This document shows positions 35,992-45,183 of a stretch of DNA of 64,000 bases, one piece after another; positions within the stretch are counted from its first letter, which is position 1; each line of letters starts with the position of its first letter. Under the pieces are notes generated by a model. It was not told the origin of the DNA. It searched no databases and worked only from the letters and a program-made list of their open reading frames with translations. Origin of the DNA: Rhodospirillales bacterium (GTDB taxonomy: Bacteria > Pseudomonadota > Alphaproteobacteria > TMED109); assembly GCA_009839325.1 (NCBI GenBank), contig VXPW01000022.1:28038-92037 (forward strand). The letters are read 5' to 3'. The translations under genes were made by a program, and so were the position numbers.

Positions 35992-38727
35992 GTGCCAACG
36001 CGACGCCAATCTCCCAACATTTGGCCGGGCTTTGTCGACGGTATCTCGACATTACTGCTCGTCCTCATTTTTCTACTTGCGATCTACGTCCTATCCGAGT
36101 TTGTGCTGGGGTTGCTGCTAAAGGGGCGGGACGCGGAACTGCAGTCTTTGACCTCCCAGATGGACGCGCTCACGGCGCAACTTGCCCGGGAGGAAACCCA
36201 GAACGCCGAATTGTCCGAGAATGTCCTCGATCTCACCCAATCGCTCAATGACTCCAAGGCACAGGTCAGCAATCTGCGCGGAGCGAACGTCCGCCTGAGC
36301 GATGAAGTCAGACTCCTCACCGAGTCGCTTCAGGCCGCTGAAGCCCTCGGGCAAGACCTAGAGACGAGAAACGAACAACTGACTCTCCGGGTCCGCGAAC
36401 TCACGCAGTCGCTCGCGGCAGCCGAAACCCTCGCGGCAAACCGACGGGCCCAGAATGACGCCCTCGCGGCAGATGTCCGACGACTCACGCAGCTGGTACA
36501 GGAAACCGAGACGCTCGCTGCAGATCTGAAGAGCCAGAACGATTCGCTTTCCGAAGATGTGACGCAACTCACGCAGAAATTGGCGACCGCGCAGACCCGC
36601 GGCGATGACCTCCAGGCCCGGAATCAGGCCCTCGACACCGACGTTCAGCGGCTGACACAGGACCTGGCGACAGCGCACACCCGCGGCAATGACCTCCAGG
36701 CCCGGAATCGGGCCCTCGATGCCGACGTTCAGCGATTGACGCAAGACCTCGCGACGGCCCAGACCAGGGGCGATGACCTTCAGACCCGGGGCGAGACTCT
36801 CGATGCGCAGGTCCGACAGCTCACACAGGAACTGGCGGCGGCGCGGACGCGCGGCGACGAACTGCAGACAGAAAGCGATTCGCTCGATGCCGAAGTCCGG
36901 CGGTTGGCACAAGCGCTACTGAGCGCCGAGACCCGTGGTGACGACCTTCAGGACCAGAACGAAGCCCTTGTTGCGGACGTTCGGCAGCTCGCACAGTCAC
37001 TTGAAGTGGCCGAAACCCGCGGCAGCGAACTTCGGGACGAGAACGAGGGGCTCAACGCCAATATCCGGCAGTTGACCGCTGCGCTGGCAGCAGCACAGGA
37101 CCACGGCGACGAGTTGCAGAACACAAACGAGCTGCTGGCTCGCGACATCGAGCAACTTCGGCGCGCCCTGGAAACGGCCAACACGCACGGCGAGGACCTG
37201 CAGGCGCGGAATCAATCACTCGAGGACAACGTCAGGGAGCTTACGGAGGCTTTCGCCGCGGCCGAGACCCGCGGCAACGACCTGCAAGCAGAAAACGAAG
37301 ACCTCCACGCCAGCATCCAGAGACTGGCGCAGGCTCTGGCCGCAGCGGAAACTCGCGGCGACGATCTCCAGACGGAAAACGAAGGCCTCAATGCCGACAT
37401 CACACGTCTGTCGCAGGCCCTCGCCGCCGCGGAGACCCGTGGCAATGACCTGCAGGCCGCGAATGAAACTCTCGACATCGACATCCAGCGGTTGTCGCGC
37501 GCTCTGGCCGAAACCCGGAGTCGCGGAGACGAGCTCCGGACCCAGAACGAATCGCTGTCCGCCGAACTTCTGGAACTCACGCGGGCACTTGAGATTGCAG
37601 AGGCTCGCAGCAGTGAACTTGGGGCCGAGAACGATGTGCTGAGTGCAGATTTTCAGGAACTCACGCTCTCGCTCGAGGCCGCCGAAGCCCTGGGATTGGA
37701 CCTCCAGACGACGAACGAGCAATTGACCACCGACCTCCAGCAACTTACCCGGGAACTTGAAGAAGCGGGCACCTTGGAAGCCGGCTTGCAGACACGTAAC
37801 CGGGACCTGTCATCCGAGGTCAGGACGCTGCGGCGGTCGCTCGGGGAGGCGCAGGCACAGGAATCAGAACTGAAGGACGAAATCGAACGGCTGCGTGGCA
37901 GCGAGCGGGCACTTCGTGCGAACCTCAGCCGCGTTCGGTCTTCGGAGCAGGGCCTGTCTGACCAAGCCCGAAATCTGGAACTCGACAAGGAACAGCTGGA
38001 AGAACGACTGGCCGAACTCGCGGCGGCGGCGGCAGCAGCCCGAACCGACCTGCTGCAGACGGAAGCAGACCTGGAACAGGAGCGCGCGCTTTCAGTAGCA
38101 GCAAGGGAGCAAGCGACCTTGCTGAACCGCCAGCTGGCCGACGTACGCGCCAGACTGGATGAACTCGGACGGCTTCTGGACGCAGCCGAGGCCGACCGGG
38201 AAGCCAAGGGAATCCAGATTGTCGAACTCGGCAAACGCCTCAATGCCGCCCTAGCCACCCGGGTCAGTGAGCTGGCACGCTACCGGTCCGAGTTCTTCGG
38301 TCGCCTCCGCGACATCCTTGGCGATCGGTCGGATGTGAGGACCGTAGGCGATCGCTTCATCTTTCAGTCCGAAGTGTTGTTCGCCAGCGGTTCCGCGGAA
38401 ATCGGGTCGAACGGTCGGCGCGAAATCACCGAGGTCTCGGACGCGTTGAAGGTCCTCGCCGAGGAAATTCCGGACGACGTACCCTGGGTTCTTCAAATCG
38501 AGGGACATACCGACACTGACCCGATTGCCACCGACCAATTCCCCTCCAATTGGGAGTTGTCCGTCGCACGGGCCACTGCGGTCGCCCGTATCCTCCTCGA
38601 CAACGGGATGCCTCCCGAGAGGCTCTCGATTGCGGGTTTCGCGGAATTCCAACCGATTGATCCGGGAACCAATCCGGCGGCACTCCGTCGTAACCGACGG
38701 ATCGAACTCAAACTTACTAGGCCGTGA
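35992..38727 (+). CDS. MotB/OmpA-family peptidoglycan-anchored protein with giant periplasmic coiled-coil repeat region
   Basis: ORF 35992..38727(+), 911 aa, with a GTG start 9 nt after the upstream stop. The N-terminus is a MotB/TolR-type TM helix with an embedded Asp (NIWPGFVDGISTLLLVLIFLL). Residues 53-668 are 28-residue repeats. The C-terminal OmpA_C-like domain contains VLFASGSAEI, IEGHTDTDPI, NWELSVARA and NRRIELKL. Confidence 0.8.
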   Translation: MPTRRQSPNIWPGFVDGISTLLLVLIFLLAIYVLSEFVLGLLLKGRDAELQSLTSQMDALTAQLAREETQNAELSENVLDLTQSLNDSKAQVSNLRGANVRLSDEVRLLTESLQAAEALGQDLETRNEQLTLRVRELTQSLAAAETLAANRRAQNDALAADVRRLTQLVQETETLAADLKSQNDSLSEDVTQLTQKLATAQTRGDDLQARNQALDTDVQRLTQDLATAHTRGNDLQARNRALDADVQRLTQDLATAQTRGDDLQTRGETLDAQVRQLTQELAAARTRGDELQTESDSLDAEVRRLAQALLSAETRGDDLQDQNEALVADVRQLAQSLEVAETRGSELRDENEGLNANIRQLTAALAAAQDHGDELQNTNELLARDIEQLRRALETANTHGEDLQARNQSLEDNVRELTEAFAAAETRGNDLQAENEDLHASIQRLAQALAAAETRGDDLQTENEGLNADITRLSQALAAAETRGNDLQAANETLDIDIQRLSRALAETRSRGDELRTQNESLSAELLELTRALEIAEARSSELGAENDVLSADFQELTLSLEAAEALGLDLQTTNEQLTTDLQQLTRELEEAGTLEAGLQTRNRDLSSEVRTLRRSLGEAQAQESELKDEIERLRGSERALRANLSRVRSSEQGLSDQARNLELDKEQLEERLAELAAAAAAARTDLLQTEADLEQERALSVAAREQATLLNRQLADVRARLDELGRLLDAAEADREAKGIQIVELGKRLNAALATRVSELARYRSEFFGRLRDILGDRSDVRTVGDRFIFQSEVLFASGSAEIGSNGRREITEVSDALKVLAEEIPDDVPWVLQIEGHTDTDPIATDQFPSNWELSVARATAVARILLDNGMPPERLSIAGFAEFQPIDPGTNPAALRRNRRIELKLTRP
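36148..37995 (+). repeat. In-frame tandem array of about 22 x 84 bp (28-residue) repeats inside the MotB/OmpA-like gene
   Basis: I split the protein by hand into 22 consecutive 28-residue units starting at L53, with no indels. I checked the phase at nucleotide level for units starting at 36568, 37324 and 37744. The approximate consensus is L-T/A-Q-x-L-A-x-A-E-T-R-G-D/N-D-L-Q-x-x-N-E-x-L-x-A-D-V/I-Q/R-R. Confidence 0.85.
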
Positions 38728-38911
38728 CCGAATCGGCGGCCGAAGCCATCGGCGGACATCTGTTAGCATGGCGGCAGCAGCGAACAGGTAGTCTGTTCCG
38801 TCGTTTCGGCACCGTCGGCCCAAGCATCGATCACGGGGGCAATCGTTACGAAACTGATTTCGCCTGATTGCCACTAGCCTCCACCCCGGCGACATCCCTC
38901 GCTAAATTGCC

Positions 38912-40444
38912 ATGCAAGACGTTCTACGAACTCTCCAGAAGAAACGCCGCGACGCCCACTTGGGCGGCGGCACGGCGCGCATTAAGAAGCAGCACGCCAA
39001 GGGAAAGCTAACCGCGCGGGAACGTCTCTCCGCGCTCCTGGATCCGGGATCATTCGAGGAATTCGATATGTTTGTCGAGCACCGAAGCGGTGATTTCGGC
39101 ATGCAGCGGCAAACCATCCCCGGTGACGGAGTCGTCACCGGTTGGGGCGAAATCGGAGCTCGCCCGGTGTTTGTGTTCAGCCAGGACTTCACTGTGTTCG
39201 GCGGATCACTGTCGGAGGCCCATGCAGAGAAAATCTGCAAAGTCATGGATCAGGCCATGAAGGTAGGAGCGCCGATAATTGGTCTGAATGATTCCGGGGG
39301 AGCGCGGATCCAGGAAGGCGTCGCATCGCTCGGCGGCTACGCCGAGGTGTTTCAACGAAACGTACTGGCCTCAGGCGTCATCCCGCAGATTTCGGTGATC
39401 ATGGGTCCCTGCGCGGGCGGCGCCGTCTATTCGCCGGCGATGACCGACTTCATCTGCATGGTGCGCGACACAAGCTACATGTTCGTCACCGGACCAGACG
39501 TCGTGAAGACCGTGATTCAAGAGGAGGTCTCACACGAGGAACTCGGCGGCGCGCGAACCCACACTGCAACGTCAGGTGTCGCGGATCTCGCTTTCGACAA
39601 CGATCTCGAAACCCTCACGCAAATACGGCGCCTGTTCCATTTCCTGCCGCTCTCGAATCGTGACCAGGTGCCGGTCCGCGAGACCGCAGATCCTGCTGAT
39701 CGCATGGAGCCCTCTCTGGACTCGCTGGTCCCCGTGCATCCCAACAAGCCGTACGACATGCGGGAGGTTCTGGAGAAAGTCCTGGACGAGGGCGATTTCT
39801 TTGAAATCCAACCCGACTTCGCCGGCAACATCTTGATCGGCTTTGGCCGAGTCGAGGGACGGACGGTAGGAGTGGTAGCCAACCAACCGATGGAACTCGC
39901 AGGCTGTCTCGACATTAACTCGAGCCGGAAGGCCGCTCGTTTCGTGCGGTTCTGCGACTGCTTCCACATTCCCATCGTGACCTTCGTCGATGTGCCCGGC
40001 TTCCTGCCCGGAACTGACCAGGAGTACGGCGGCTTGATCAAGCATGGGGCCAAGCTTCTGTTTGCCTATGCAGAAACCACTTCCCCGAAAATCACCGTGA
40101 TCACGCGCAAGGCGTACGGGGGGGCCTATGACGTGATGGCGTCTAAGCATCTTCGAGGCGATATCAACCTGGCCTGGCCGACTGCAGAAATTGCCGTCAT
40201 GGGACCAAAGGGCGCGGTGGAAATTATCTTCCGGGGGGACATCGGCGACCCCGAAAAAATCCAGCAGCGCACCGACGACTATCGCCGCAAATTCGCGAAC
40301 CCGTTCGTGGCAGCCAGTCGGGGCTACATCGATGACATTATTCTCCCGCGCGAGACCCGGACCCGCATTGCCCGTTCGCTGAAAATGCTCCGCAACAAGC
40401 AGCTGACGAATCCATCAAAGAAACACGGAAACATCCCGTTGTGA
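38912..40444 (+). CDS. pccB: Propionyl-CoA carboxylase beta chain (carboxyltransferase)
   Basis: ORF 38912..40444(+), 510 aa. It has the typical acyl-CoA carboxylase CT N-terminus ([22 protein letters not shown]) and contains [10 protein letters not shown] and [12 protein letters not shown]. Confidence 0.9.
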   Translation: MQDVLRTLQKKRRDAHLGGGTARIKKQHAKGKLTARERLSALLDPGSFEEFDMFVEHRSGDFGMQRQTIPGDGVVTGWGEIGARPVFVFSQDFTVFGGSLSEAHAEKICKVMDQAMKVGAPIIGLNDSGGARIQEGVASLGGYAEVFQRNVLASGVIPQISVIMGPCAGGAVYSPAMTDFICMVRDTSYMFVTGPDVVKTVIQEEVSHEELGGARTHTATSGVADLAFDNDLETLTQIRRLFHFLPLSNRDQVPVRETADPADRMEPSLDSLVPVHPNKPYDMREVLEKVLDEGDFFEIQPDFAGNILIGFGRVEGRTVGVVANQPMELAGCLDINSSRKAARFVRFCDCFHIPIVTFVDVPGFLPGTDQEYGGLIKHGAKLLFAYAETTSPKITVITRKAYGGAYDVMASKHLRGDINLAWPTAEIAVMGPKGAVEIIFRGDIGDPEKIQQRTDDYRRKFANPFVAASRGYIDDIILPRETRTRIARSLKMLRNKQLTNPSKKHGNIPL

Positions 40445-42438
40445 AGCCTCGACGGCGGACCCGGCCGTTCCGGAAGGTCCTGATCGCCAATCGGGGCGAA
40501 ATCGCGTGTCGGATCATCCGGACATGTCGGCGGATGCGAATTAGGACCGTCGCCGTATTTTCTGAGGCCGACCGGGGCGCCCTCCACGCGGAAACTGCCG
40601 ATGAAGCGGTTGCGATCGGTCCCGCACCGGCGAGCCAGAGCTATCTTCGCTTCGCGTCAATCCTGCAAGCTGCCCACGCGACCAAGGCCGATGCCATCCA
40701 TCCCGGATACGGCTTCTTGTCAGAGAATGCGGCATTTGCCCACGCGGTCGAAGAAGCCGGCCTTACCTTTGTCGGTCCGCCCGCAGATGCCATTGAAATC
40801 ATGGGCGACAAGCTGGCCGCAAAGGAACTGGCCGCAAAGGCTGGTGTGAATGTCGTGCCGGGCCACAGCAGACCCGCGGCAACCGCCCTTGAGGCAGCTG
40901 CCATGGCCGACGGTATCGGCTACCCCGTCATGCTGAAGGCTGCCGCAGGCGGCGGTGGCAAGGGAATGCGCATCGCGGGCAGCGACGCGGACGTCCGGGA
41001 ATTGTTTCCACTGGCATCGGGCGAGGCCAAGTCAAGTTTCGGTGACGCACGGGTATTCGTCGAACGCTACTTCCCAAATCCCCGCCACATTGAAGTGCAA
41101 GTTCTCGCTGACGCGCACGGGCAATGTATCTCGCTCGGTGAACGCGAGTGCTCCATCCAGCGCCGCCATCAGAAGGTTTTCGAAGAAGCTCCGGCACCTC
41201 GATTCGAACCCGAAGCTCGTCGACGAATGGAGCAACAGGCTATCGCACTGGCCAAAGCGGTCGGGTACCGCTCAGCCGGCACCGTCGAGTTCATTGTCGA
41301 TTCGGAAGGGGAGTTCCATTTTCTTGAGATGAACACCCGCCTGCAGGTCGAACATCCGGTGACCGAGCAGGTCACGGGCGTTGACCTCGTGGAGGAGATG
41401 CTGCGGGTCGCGGCGGGCGAACCGCTTCGCCTGCGCCAGCAGGACGTCCCACGCAGTGCGGGATGGGCCATCGAAGCCAGGGTTTACGCGGAGGATGCCG
41501 AACGCGGCTTCGTGCCATCTGTCGGCCGAATTCGACGTCTGACGACACCGCCGACGCTGGCCGGAAACGGAGTTCGCATCGATACAGGGGTGGTCGAGGG
41601 TTCAGAAATCACCCCGCACTACGACCCCATGATCGCCAAGGTGATTACCTACGGCAAAGACCGGCAGACTGCAGTGCGTTCAATGCAAGCAGCGTTGGAC
41701 GGGTTCTACATTCGAGGTCCCCGAACAAACGTAACCTTTCTCGCTGGCGTGGCCCGAACTGAGAGATTCGAGCAAGGGAGACTCGATACAGGATTTCTCG
41801 ATGCCGAGTACCCCGACGGCTACCGACCGCCCCTCCCCGAAGGAGAGACCAGAGACGCACTGATCGCAGCGGCCGCGTTCGTCCAGCGGGTCGAGGAATC
41901 TCGGGTAGGAACGCCAGCGGAGCGGCAGGCATGGCGAGCCGTCGTCATGCTGGGAGAAGAAGCTGTCCCCTGCACGGTCCGTGCCGCCGATGGCGGATGC
42001 GACGTGGAAGTCGGCGATCGGCAATTGGCGGTGAGAAGTACGTGGCGTCCCGGCCAAGCCGTGCTTCACGGCCGCGTGAACGCGAGGCCGGTGGTCATCC
42101 AGATCGATCCGGCGGTGGAGGGATGGACGTTCACTCATGCCGGCGTGACGACCAGGACCTTGGTCCGGACTCCCGAAATTGCCGCACTCGCCATCCATAT
42201 GCCAAAGAAGGCTCTGCCGGATCACTCAAATCGGTTGTGCAGCCCCATGCCTGGCCTGGTGATTTCGATTGCAGTGGCAGAGGGCGATGAGGTACGGGCA
42301 GGCCAGGTGATCGCTGTGGTAGAGGCAATGAAGGCGGAGAATCAACTTCGGGCAGAGCGCGACGGCGTTATCCGGAAAATCAGCGTGAAGGCGGGCGACA
42401 ATATCACCGCTGAAGAGGTGATCGCGGAATTCGCTTGA
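40441..42438 (+). CDS. pccA: Propionyl-CoA carboxylase alpha chain (biotin carboxylase plus BCCP)
   Basis: ORF 40441..42438(+), 665 aa, with a GTGA overlap with the pccB stop. It begins [17 protein letters not shown], has an ATP-grasp region, and has the C-terminal biotinyl-lysine motif VVEAMKAEN. Confidence 0.9.
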   Translation: MKPRRRTRPFRKVLIANRGEIACRIIRTCRRMRIRTVAVFSEADRGALHAETADEAVAIGPAPASQSYLRFASILQAAHATKADAIHPGYGFLSENAAFAHAVEEAGLTFVGPPADAIEIMGDKLAAKELAAKAGVNVVPGHSRPAATALEAAAMADGIGYPVMLKAAAGGGGKGMRIAGSDADVRELFPLASGEAKSSFGDARVFVERYFPNPRHIEVQVLADAHGQCISLGERECSIQRRHQKVFEEAPAPRFEPEARRRMEQQAIALAKAVGYRSAGTVEFIVDSEGEFHFLEMNTRLQVEHPVTEQVTGVDLVEEMLRVAAGEPLRLRQQDVPRSAGWAIEARVYAEDAERGFVPSVGRIRRLTTPPTLAGNGVRIDTGVVEGSEITPHYDPMIAKVITYGKDRQTAVRSMQAALDGFYIRGPRTNVTFLAGVARTERFEQGRLDTGFLDAEYPDGYRPPLPEGETRDALIAAAAFVQRVEESRVGTPAERQAWRAVVMLGEEAVPCTVRAADGGCDVEVGDRQLAVRSTWRPGQAVLHGRVNARPVVIQIDPAVEGWTFTHAGVTTRTLVRTPEIAALAIHMPKKALPDHSNRLCSPMPGLVISIAVAEGDEVRAGQVIAVVEAMKAENQLRAERDGVIRKISVKAGDNITAEEVIAEFA

Positions 42439-42538
42439 CGGGCGCCGCTACACGACCCGGCATGAAAGATACTTCCGCCGGACCACCTGGCGTGCTCCGG
42501 TTGGTCGCAGGGTTCCTCGCAGCGGACCTATCTCCCCT

Positions 42539-43342
42539 TCAGCGTGTCGCCGAGCCTGGCCCGAGCGTGCGGAGGCAGTCGTCGTCCAGGGGCCCGACGG
42601 CGGTCCAGTCGCGGGTGCAGAGATGCTCCGGGCGATCGAACTTGGTGGGCGGATTGTCGACTGCGGCAACATTCAGATAAAAGATGCGCCTCGGCCAAGG
42701 GGTGATGTTACCGGCCGACCCGTGAACCATGTTTGCATGGGTGATCAACACCGAGCCGGGTGGCCCGACGAACAACTCGATGCCACCGGTGCGGACAACT
42801 TGCGCAAGACGCTCCTCGCCGATCTGGAACACGGTGTAGCTGGGCGACTCCTGGTTGTCCACGGCGTCGGCAATGAGCCCATGCCGGTGGGAACCGGGCA
42901 CCAGCATTAGCGGTCCGTTGCTGGTCGTGGCCCGGTCCAGCAGGATCGCGACCATGAAGGCACGCGGTTCCAGGAGCCCGTCGCGATTCGACCAGGTGGC
43001 GTAGTCCTGATGCCAGGTCCAGGGGCCGCCGTGAAACGCGGCTTTCGTGTTGAGGCGCGACTGGTGGATGTAGACCGGCCCGCCCATCAGAGCCTGAACC
43101 GGCTCCAGCCAGCGCGGGTGCCTTGCGAGACGACGGAAAGCCTCATTGAAGAGGTGCGCACCGTAGACCATTCTCACAGCGTCTGAATCCGGTTCGTGTA
43201 TCACTTCGGGTCCTTCCCGCGCCGCAACCGCAGCGACCGCGGAGCGCACGCGAGAGATCTCGTCCTCCGAAAAGAGACTGGGCAGCAAGAGGAACCCACG
43301 GTGGCGGAACTGCCGCCGCATGGAATCATTGAGTGCCGACAT
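42539..43342 (-). CDS. Phytanoyl-CoA dioxygenase (PhyH) family Fe(II)/2-oxoglutarate oxygenase
   Basis: ORF 42539..43363(-). Contains FRHRGFLLLPSLFSEDEI, the WHQDYATW (HxD) iron site, and a distal HGSAGN. The start is ATG 43342 or ATG 43363. Confidence 0.8.
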   Translation of the reverse strand: MSALNDSMRRQFRHRGFLLLPSLFSEDEISRVRSAVAAVAAREGPEVIHEPDSDAVRMVYGAHLFNEAFRRLARHPRWLEPVQALMGGPVYIHQSRLNTKAAFHGGPWTWHQDYATWSNRDGLLEPRAFMVAILLDRATTSNGPLMLVPGSHRHGLIADAVDNQESPSYTVFQIGEERLAQVVRTGGIELFVGPPGSVLITHANMVHGSAGNITPWPRRIFYLNVAAVDNPPTKFDRPEHLCTRDWTAVGPLDDDCLRTLGPGSATR

Positions 43343-43806
43343 GGCGCAGCCCCCCGACGGCATCTGGTCGCCATAGTGCAGCGAAGCCGTGTTCTACCTC
43401 TTGAGTCTACGCTGGGCGCCGTCATCAGCACCTAGCACGCGAAATCACCGTTGTACACTGCGCACCAGCGCTCACGGTACAGGCCCTGCGTTCGCAAGCG
43501 GCTTCTCCGTGTCCTCCGAATTGACGCGATCGTCAGCGACCCCGTCAGGCTCTGCCGGCCGTCTTGAGCAACAGGATCCACCAACCGAATTGAATGCGCG
43601 TCGGAGAGCGGCACGTCGAAGGTGCGGTACGGCTCGCCTCCCTTCCGCCGTACGCCGGCCGGGCGCTGTTCCCGTCGTTGTGGACACCCTACTTTTCTTT
43701 TATCGTACTGATTGCTCGGTCGAGTCCCTTGATGTGGCGGCTGGTTTCGTACACCTGTTCGTCCGAATTCTCGACGGCTGCCTCATCTGTTATTTGGAAC
43801 ACAGTA

Positions 43807-44358
43807 ATGCATCGGCCTATCCAAATTCTTGCGGCCCTCGGCACAGCGCTGGCACTTTCGGCCTGCGGCAGCCCCCCCGAACAAGAGCCCACCGCCGAAC
43901 CGGCGGAGGTCGTCGAGGGGACCGGCCTCGCCGACATCACCGCCGGGGGTATCGACGTCGAAACGGATGAAACCGCGGGGGTAACGCAATTGACCCCCGC
44001 TGAGCAAGCCGAAGTCGACCTGATTGATGCTGGTGACCGAGTCTATTTTGACTACGACAAGAGTTCCTTTGGTCCCGAGGGTGAGGTAATCCTTCGTGCG
44101 CAGAGCGAACTCCTGCAGGGTGCTCCGGATGTGACCGTGACGATCGAGGGGCATTGTGATGAACGCGGCACCCGGGAATACAACATTGCGCTTGGCGAAC
44201 GTCGTGCCGAGGCCGTCAAGACCTATCTGGTATCGCTCGGAGTGGAGGCGACCCGAATTTCGACGATCTCCTATGGCAAGGAGCGACCGGAAGTCGAGGG
44301 CCACAATGAACAGGCTTGGCGCCAAAACCGGGTGGCAATCACAGTAATCAATCCGTGA
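43807..44358 (+). CDS. pal: Peptidoglycan-associated lipoprotein Pal
   Basis: ORF 43594..44358(+), trimmed to ATG 43807. It has the lipobox LALSAC (MHRPIQILAALGTALALSACGS). The OmpA_C domain contains VYFDYDKSSF, IEGHCDERGTREYNIALGERRA and NRVAITV. Confidence 0.9.
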   Translation: MHRPIQILAALGTALALSACGSPPEQEPTAEPAEVVEGTGLADITAGGIDVETDETAGVTQLTPAEQAEVDLIDAGDRVYFDYDKSSFGPEGEVILRAQSELLQGAPDVTVTIEGHCDERGTREYNIALGERRAEAVKTYLVSLGVEATRISTISYGKERPEVEGHNEQAWRQNRVAITVINP

Positions 44359-45182
44359 TTGGGCGTGCTGCAGCACTTGTAATCGCGGCCCTCTGCGGCA
44401 GCACTGTCGCTATTCCTGCCGTTGCGCAAGAGGCCGGTGACGAACGGCTCGGTGCACTGGAAACAAGGCTCGACGCCCTCTCAAGGCAGACCGAGGCGAT
44501 CGCGCGCCAGGAGCGACGACTTCAGGAGCTTGAGGACTCGTTGCGCGCCGTGACCGGCAGGATGGAAGAAAACCGTCACCTGCTTGATCAGCTTCACCGG
44601 CAGCTTCAACAATTAGAGGAGACACAGGCAGTACCCGGTGACGCGCTGCCCCCGCCGCTGCCGGCACCGACGGCAGACACCGTACCTGCGGCGCCAGTGG
44701 TTGGCACGGGGCCCGAAACCGAGAACGTGGTGGCGCAAGATCCGCCGTCAGGATCGGCTACGGAAGTGCCCGGACCTGTGACGGCTACGCAGTTTGACGA
44801 CGAGGAAACCAGTTACAGACAGGCCTACGAATTGCTGGTCAGGGCGGACTACGCGGCCGCGGAGGCAGCCTTCCGGGACTTCATTCGCAGATACCCAAAC
44901 GGCACCTTGACCGACAATGCATATTACTGGCTTGGCGAGAGCCACTATGTTCGTGAACAGTACGCGGAGGCTGCCGCCGAATTCGCGCGCGGATTTCGAA
45001 GTGCCCCGGACAAGCAGAAAGCACCCGACATCTTGCTCAAACTGGGGCTCTCGTTAATCGCTCTGGGCAAGAACGACGACGCGTGCGAAGCCTTCCGCCG
45101 CCTTGGCTTGGACTTTCCGGACGCATCGAAGCGTATCCTCGACCGCGCGGTCCTTGGAAGTGAGCGCGCTGGCTGCACCTAG
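44355..45182 (+). CDS. cpoB: Tol-Pal system protein CpoB/YbgF
   Basis: ORF 44316..45182(+), trimmed to GTG 44355 (GTGA overlap with the pal stop). It has a signal peptide, an N-terminal coiled coil (LETRLDALSRQTEAIARQERRLQELEDSL), and C-terminal TPR repeats (AYYWLGESHYVREQYAEAAAEF). Confidence 0.8.
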   Translation: MIGRAAALVIAALCGSTVAIPAVAQEAGDERLGALETRLDALSRQTEAIARQERRLQELEDSLRAVTGRMEENRHLLDQLHRQLQQLEETQAVPGDALPPPLPAPTADTVPAAPVVGTGPETENVVAQDPPSGSATEVPGPVTATQFDDEETSYRQAYELLVRADYAAAEAAFRDFIRRYPNGTLTDNAYYWLGESHYVREQYAEAAAEFARGFRSAPDKQKAPDILLKLGLSLIALGKNDDACEAFRRLGLDFPDASKRILDRAVLGSERAGCT

Positions 45183-45183
45183 A

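Noticed and set aside
36598-37530. Recurrent RGD tripeptide (TRGDDL / TRGDEL) as an integrin-type adhesion motif
   Set aside because: It alternates with RGN, RGS and HGD in equivalent positions. The conserved feature is therefore R/H-G-acidic within a helical repeat, most likely structural. An adhesion role has no support in a predicted periplasmic protein.
36148-37995. The 84-bp periodic array as a possible CRISPR array or non-coding satellite
   Set aside because: The units are contiguous, with no unique spacers. They are in one open reading frame and diverge mostly at synonymous or conservative positions. No cas genes are present.
36084-38258. Multiple minus-strand and out-of-frame ORFs inside the repeat region (for example 36358..36912, 37216..37743, 37653..38258)
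   Set aside because: Their periodicity simply mirrors the 84-bp coding repeats of the plus-strand gene. Only the plus-strand frame links a MotB-type TM helix to an OmpA domain.
34768-38727. Classifying the MotA/MotB-like pair as a Zorya anti-phage system or as TolQR
   Set aside because: - No ZorC/D/E-like genes (nuclease or helicase) are adjacent, and no other defence genes are nearby.
- The long coiled coil is on the B subunit rather than only on A.
- TolQ (3 TM, about 230 aa) and TolR (about 140 aa, no OmpA domain) do not fit the sizes or domains.
- tolA and tolB are not adjacent.

The pair is kept as an unassigned stator-like module.
38782-38798. 6-bp hairpin (gaacag-gtagt-ctgttc) downstream of the MotB/OmpA-like gene
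   Set aside because: The stem is too short and there is no U-tract, so it cannot be distinguished from chance.
43389-43970. 193-aa ORF and the in-frame upstream extension of pal (43594..43806) as possible genes or a tolB remnant
   Set aside because: The translations are Arg/Ser/Pro-rich without TolB-like beta-propeller motifs. pal has a canonical signal peptide and lipobox starting at ATG 43807.
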